DNA of 64,000 nt from Deltaproteobacteria bacterium (lineage in GTDB: Bacteria; CALINM01), in contig JBBIPZ010000009.1 of assembly GCA_037442505.1 (NCBI GenBank), forward strand, positions 8,618-72,617. The letters run 5' to 3'. The notes below the pieces were generated by a model, which was not told the DNA's origin, did no database searches, and was given only the letters and a program-made list of their open reading frames with translations. Below are positions 60,583 to 64,000 of the stretch, piece after piece. The first letter of the stretch is position 1; every line of letters begins with the position of its first letter. The position numbers and the translations under genes are program-made.

Positions 60583-61026
60583 ATGAAGAGAGTTTATCCG
60601 AGAGAAGATTTTTGTATGGGATGCAGGCTGTGTGAGGTGGCATGTGTTACCGTACATTCAGAGTCTAAGGATCCTGTAAAGGCTTATAAAAAAGAGTTCC
60701 CAAGAGAGCCTTCTCGTATCTGGCATGAAGAAGAAAAGCCCGATTGTTTTTCCTTTATGTGCAGGCATTGTGAAGAACCAGATTGTTTAGAGGCTTGCAT
60801 AAGCGGTGCAATTACTAAAGACCCTGAAACTGGCATCGTTTCTATAGATGAAAATATCTGTGTAGGGTGCTGGTCCTGTATAATGGCATGTCCATATGGT
60901 GCTTTAAAAAAGAAGGTTAGAAAGGATAACAAACTTGTTTCTTCAAAATGTGATTTATGTGTGGGCAGGGGGATTAATCCTGCTTGTGTAGAGGCTTGTC
61001 CTAATAAGGCATTAGTATTTAAATAA
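60583..61026 (+). CDS. 4Fe-4S dicluster protein (CooF/HycB-like)
   Basis: CMGCRLCEVAC, CRHCEEPDCLEAC, CVGCWSCIMACP, KCDLC...PACVEACP. Confidence 0.93.
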   Translation: MKRVYPREDFCMGCRLCEVACVTVHSESKDPVKAYKKEFPREPSRIWHEEEKPDCFSFMCRHCEEPDCLEACISGAITKDPETGIVSIDENICVGCWSCIMACPYGALKKKVRKDNKLVSSKCDLCVGRGINPACVEACPNKALVFK

Positions 61027-61042
61027 GCGAGGAGAAGAATAG

Positions 61043-62401
61043 ATGATTACAATCATTGGTAATTCTGTTGCGGCTATAGGTGCGATTGAGGCTATCCGTA
61101 AGGTAAATAGGGATGTTGATATTACGGTAATTTCAAAAGAGCCTTACGTAGCTTATGGCAGACCGGTTATATCTGACTTTTTGAAAGGAAAGGCAGGAAT
61201 AGAAAAACTAACTTCCTACAGAAGGGCAGGATTTTACGAAAAAAACAATGTCAAACTTGTATTGAATGAAGAAATTAAAAAAGTTGATACGCAGAAAAGG
61301 TTGCTCTATGGTTCATCTGGTAGCGAGTATAGTTATGATAAGCTTTTAATTGCTACAGGTGGGGTGCCTTTTGTTCCACCAATTAAAGGTGTCGATTTGA
61401 AAAATGTTTATACTTTTACCACTCTTGACGATGCGAAAAATCTACTTGAACTCAGTAAAAATATTAAGAAGGCAGTCGTTATAGGTGGAGGTTTGATTGG
61501 CTTAAAGGCAGCGGAAGGTTTACACGCACAGGGCGTTAAGGTCTCTGTTATTGAGTTAATGGACAGGATCCTAAGTTTAGCGTTTGATAAAGTCTCTGGG
61601 AATATAGTTGAAAACCGTATGCAAGATGTTGGTATAGACATCTTTACTGAATCAAACACAGAGGAGATTTTGAATGATGGCAATGGTAATGCCTGTGGTG
61701 TCAGATTAAAAGGCGGTAGAGTTATAGAATCAGATATTGTTGTAGTTGCCATCGGCGTCGTTCCAAATGTGGCTTTCCTTAAAGATTCGGGTATAGCTAT
61801 AAATAGAGGTATTCTTGTTGATGATAGAATGGAGACTAATGTCAAAGGTGTTTTTGCCGCTGGAGATGTAGCGATGGCTAAAGATTTCTTTACTGCAAAT
61901 CAGAGGCTTTTGCCAATCTGGCCAGATGCTTATAAGCAGGGTAGAGTTGCGGGATACAATATGGTTGGTGTCGAGAGAGTTTACGAAGGTGGACTTTCAA
62001 TGAACTCCATAGAACTTTTTGGTGTATCAACAATTTCTGCTGGCAATATCAATCCTACAGAAGAAGGATATGAAATACTCACCAAAGCTGATGAAAAAAG
62101 ATGGAAATACAGGAAGATAGTACTGAAAGGAAATGTAGTTGTTGGTTTTGTTTTTGTAGGTGAAATAGACAGGGCTGGCATATATACCGGACTCATTAAA
62201 GATAAAACGGATGTCTCATCTTTTAAAGACCGACTTTTAAAGTCGGACTTTGGTTTTATAGACATTCCTTATGAAATAAGGCAGAATCATTTCTGGAAGA
62301 GGTTTCTCGATACTAAAGATGCTCCCTGTATCAACGAGGTCTGTCCAGTTTATGGTAAGGAAGAAAATTTATCAGATAGTGAGGTTGTAGATGAAGATTA
62401 G
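61043..62401 (+). CDS. FAD/NAD(P)-dependent oxidoreductase (NirB N-terminal/NADH:rubredoxin reductase-like)
   Basis: YDKLLIATGG, VIGGGLIG, VFAAGDVA. Confidence 0.9.
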   Translation: MITIIGNSVAAIGAIEAIRKVNRDVDITVISKEPYVAYGRPVISDFLKGKAGIEKLTSYRRAGFYEKNNVKLVLNEEIKKVDTQKRLLYGSSGSEYSYDKLLIATGGVPFVPPIKGVDLKNVYTFTTLDDAKNLLELSKNIKKAVVIGGGLIGLKAAEGLHAQGVKVSVIELMDRILSLAFDKVSGNIVENRMQDVGIDIFTESNTEEILNDGNGNACGVRLKGGRVIESDIVVVAIGVVPNVAFLKDSGIAINRGILVDDRMETNVKGVFAAGDVAMAKDFFTANQRLLPIWPDAYKQGRVAGYNMVGVERVYEGGLSMNSIELFGVSTISAGNINPTEEGYEILTKADEKRWKYRKIVLKGNVVVGFVFVGEIDRAGIYTGLIKDKTDVSSFKDRLLKSDFGFIDIPYEIRQNHFWKRFLDTKDAPCINEVCPVYGKEENLSDSEVVDED

Positions 62402-63494
62402 TAGATACAATGATCCTAAGGATATTTCTAACTGTGGCCTTTGTGGTTTTATAAACAAAAAGAAAAAAAGGGTGAATGGCGAAACTATTATAAAAGGTAT
62501 AGCTATACAGCATGACAGAGGTAACGGCTTGGGTGGTGGTTTTGCAGCTTACGGAATCTATCCTGATTATGCCGAATTTTATGCCTTTCATATTATGTAT
62601 GATAACGCAGTTTCGATTAATGAGACTGAAAGTTTCCTTAAAGACGTTGTTACTATTGAGCATATAGAAACTATCCCTACCAGAAAAACTATAAAGATTT
62701 CTTCTTCTCCGATACTAAAAAGGTACTTTGTAAAACCACTTTCCTCTGATCAGGATTTTGAGAAGTTTGGTTTGATTGATAAAAATGAAGATGACTACAT
62801 TGTTAAAGTCGTTATGCATGTTAACGAGAAGATTAATGGCGCTTATATATTTTCTTCAGGTAAAAACATGGGCGCATTTAAAGGTGTTGGTTTTCCAGAA
62901 GATATTGCAGAATTTTTTAGGCTTGATGAATATTCTGGTTATATCTGGACAGCCCATAACAGATTTCCTACCAACACACCTGGCTGGTGGGGAGGAGCAC
63001 ATCCTTTTACCCTGTTAGATTGGTCAATTGTTCACAACGGTGAAATATCCTCTTATGGAATTAATAAAAGATACTTAGAGATGTTTGGTTACAAATGCAC
63101 TCTTTTAACAGATACAGAAGTGGTGGCTTATCTGCTCGACTTACTTATAAGAAAACACGGACTAACTGAAGAACTTGCTTGTATGGCGTTAGCTTCTCCT
63201 TTTTGGAAGCACATAGAAAGAATGGATGATACCGAAAAGGCTGCTTACACCGCTTTACGTATGGTTTACGGCAGTGCATTATTAAATGGTCCGTTTGCAA
63301 TACTTTTTGCCAACTCGAAAGGACTGGTTGGTTTGAATGATAGAGTTAAGTTGAGACCGCTTGTTGTGGGGGAATCTGGCGATTTTGTATATATGGGCTC
63401 AGAGGCATCGTCACTTAAGGAGATGGATAGTAGCATAAGCAATTTCTGGGCTCCTAAAGCTGGCGAGCCTGTTATAGCCCATTTTGAAAATTAA
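62391..63494 (+). CDS. Class II glutamine amidotransferase (GltB1-type subunit)
   Basis: Near-N-terminal CGLCG, DRGNGLGGG, AHNRFPTNT, VHNGEISSYG, TDTEV, DRVKLRP. Confidence 0.92.
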   Translation: MKISRYNDPKDISNCGLCGFINKKKKRVNGETIIKGIAIQHDRGNGLGGGFAAYGIYPDYAEFYAFHIMYDNAVSINETESFLKDVVTIEHIETIPTRKTIKISSSPILKRYFVKPLSSDQDFEKFGLIDKNEDDYIVKVVMHVNEKINGAYIFSSGKNMGAFKGVGFPEDIAEFFRLDEYSGYIWTAHNRFPTNTPGWWGGAHPFTLLDWSIVHNGEISSYGINKRYLEMFGYKCTLLTDTEVVAYLLDLLIRKHGLTEELACMALASPFWKHIERMDDTEKAAYTALRMVYGSALLNGPFAILFANSKGLVGLNDRVKLRPLVVGESGDFVYMGSEASSLKEMDSSISNFWAPKAGEPVIAHFEN

Positions 63495-63511
63495 ATAAAG
63501 GGGAGACGTGC

Positions 63512-64000
63512 ATGCTTGAGATTGATACAAAAGGTGTTTATTATAGAGACTTAAATAAAACAGTGAGAGAAGCCGTTAAGGCAGGAGAAAGAGATTTCAT
63601 CTTAAAAAATGTTAATGGGCAGAGATACATCTGTGATGGTATCTGCGAAGAGATTAAAATGGATATTCAGGGCATACCCGGGCAGGACTTAGGCGCGTTT
63701 ATGAATGGTCCAGTCATAAGGGTGTTTGGTGATGCGCAGGATGGTGTTGCTAACACGATGAGTGGTGGCAAGATTGTAGTACATGGTTCAGCTGGTGATG
63801 TTTGTGGTTATGGCATGAGAGGTGGTAAATTATTTATAAAAGAAGATGCTGGTTATAGAATCGGTATCCATATGAAAGATTACAAAGAAAAAGTGCCTTA
63901 TATAGTTGTTGGTGGCAAGGCGGGAGATTTCTTTGGAGAGTATATGGCTGGAGGAGTTTTAGTTGTACTTGGTATGTATAGCCGTAAACCCAAAAGCCCA
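63512..64000 (+). CDS. GltB3-type GXGXG beta-helix subunit (runs off the window)
   Basis: Manual translation MLEIDTKGVYYRDLN...NVNGQRYI...PGQDLGAFMNG...GDVCGYGMRGG...GYRIGIHMK...GDFFGEYMAGG. Confidence 0.92.
   Translation, partial: MLEIDTKGVYYRDLNKTVREAVKAGERDFILKNVNGQRYICDGICEEIKMDIQGIPGQDLGAFMNGPVIRVFGDAQDGVANTMSGGKIVVHGSAGDVCGYGMRGGKLFIKEDAGYRIGIHMKDYKEKVPYIVVGGKAGDFFGEYMAGGVLVVLGMYSRKPKSP

Overview
An AT-rich chromosomal window, mostly housekeeping, from an anaerobic diderm bacterium. Gene content and order (zapB-zapA-6S-rny-ymdB, mglBA, ffh-rpsP-khpA-rimM-trmD-SPOUT-rplS, lptFG) resemble Desulfobacterota/Nitrospirota-like lineages, but taxonomy cannot be fixed from this window. It encodes a membrane-bound group 1b-like [NiFe] hydrogenase, rubredoxin, flavodoxin, an feoB operon with a Fur box, a peptide ABC system, metK-ahcY, gltX-tRNA-Ser-SRP RNA-dnaX-ybaB-recR, a four-subunit pyruvate:ferredoxin oxidoreductase, tRNA-fMet and a split archaeal-type glutamate synthase behind a sigma-54 promoter. 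I saw no CRISPR array, transposase, integrase or prophage. Several real genes are missing from the ORF track: ymdB (partial), a frameshifted zapA, rubredoxin, a Cys-rich feoB-linked peptide, a 36-aa basic protein and the GltB3-type subunit (partial). The best candidates for undescribed biology are: (1) a three-gene exported module after mglBA (TPR/CsgG-like lipoprotein, a 1455-aa multidomain transglutaminase-like protein, and a small AGVRG-motif TPR protein); (2) a perfect 17-bp inverted repeat forming the apparently leaderless promoter of the gyrase inhibitor yacG; (3) slippery A-tracts in zapA and dnaX; (4) an feoB operon whose FeoA domain is fused to a DtxR-like protein with a degenerate HTH. 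Family assignments come from motif recognition by eye; no database searches were run.
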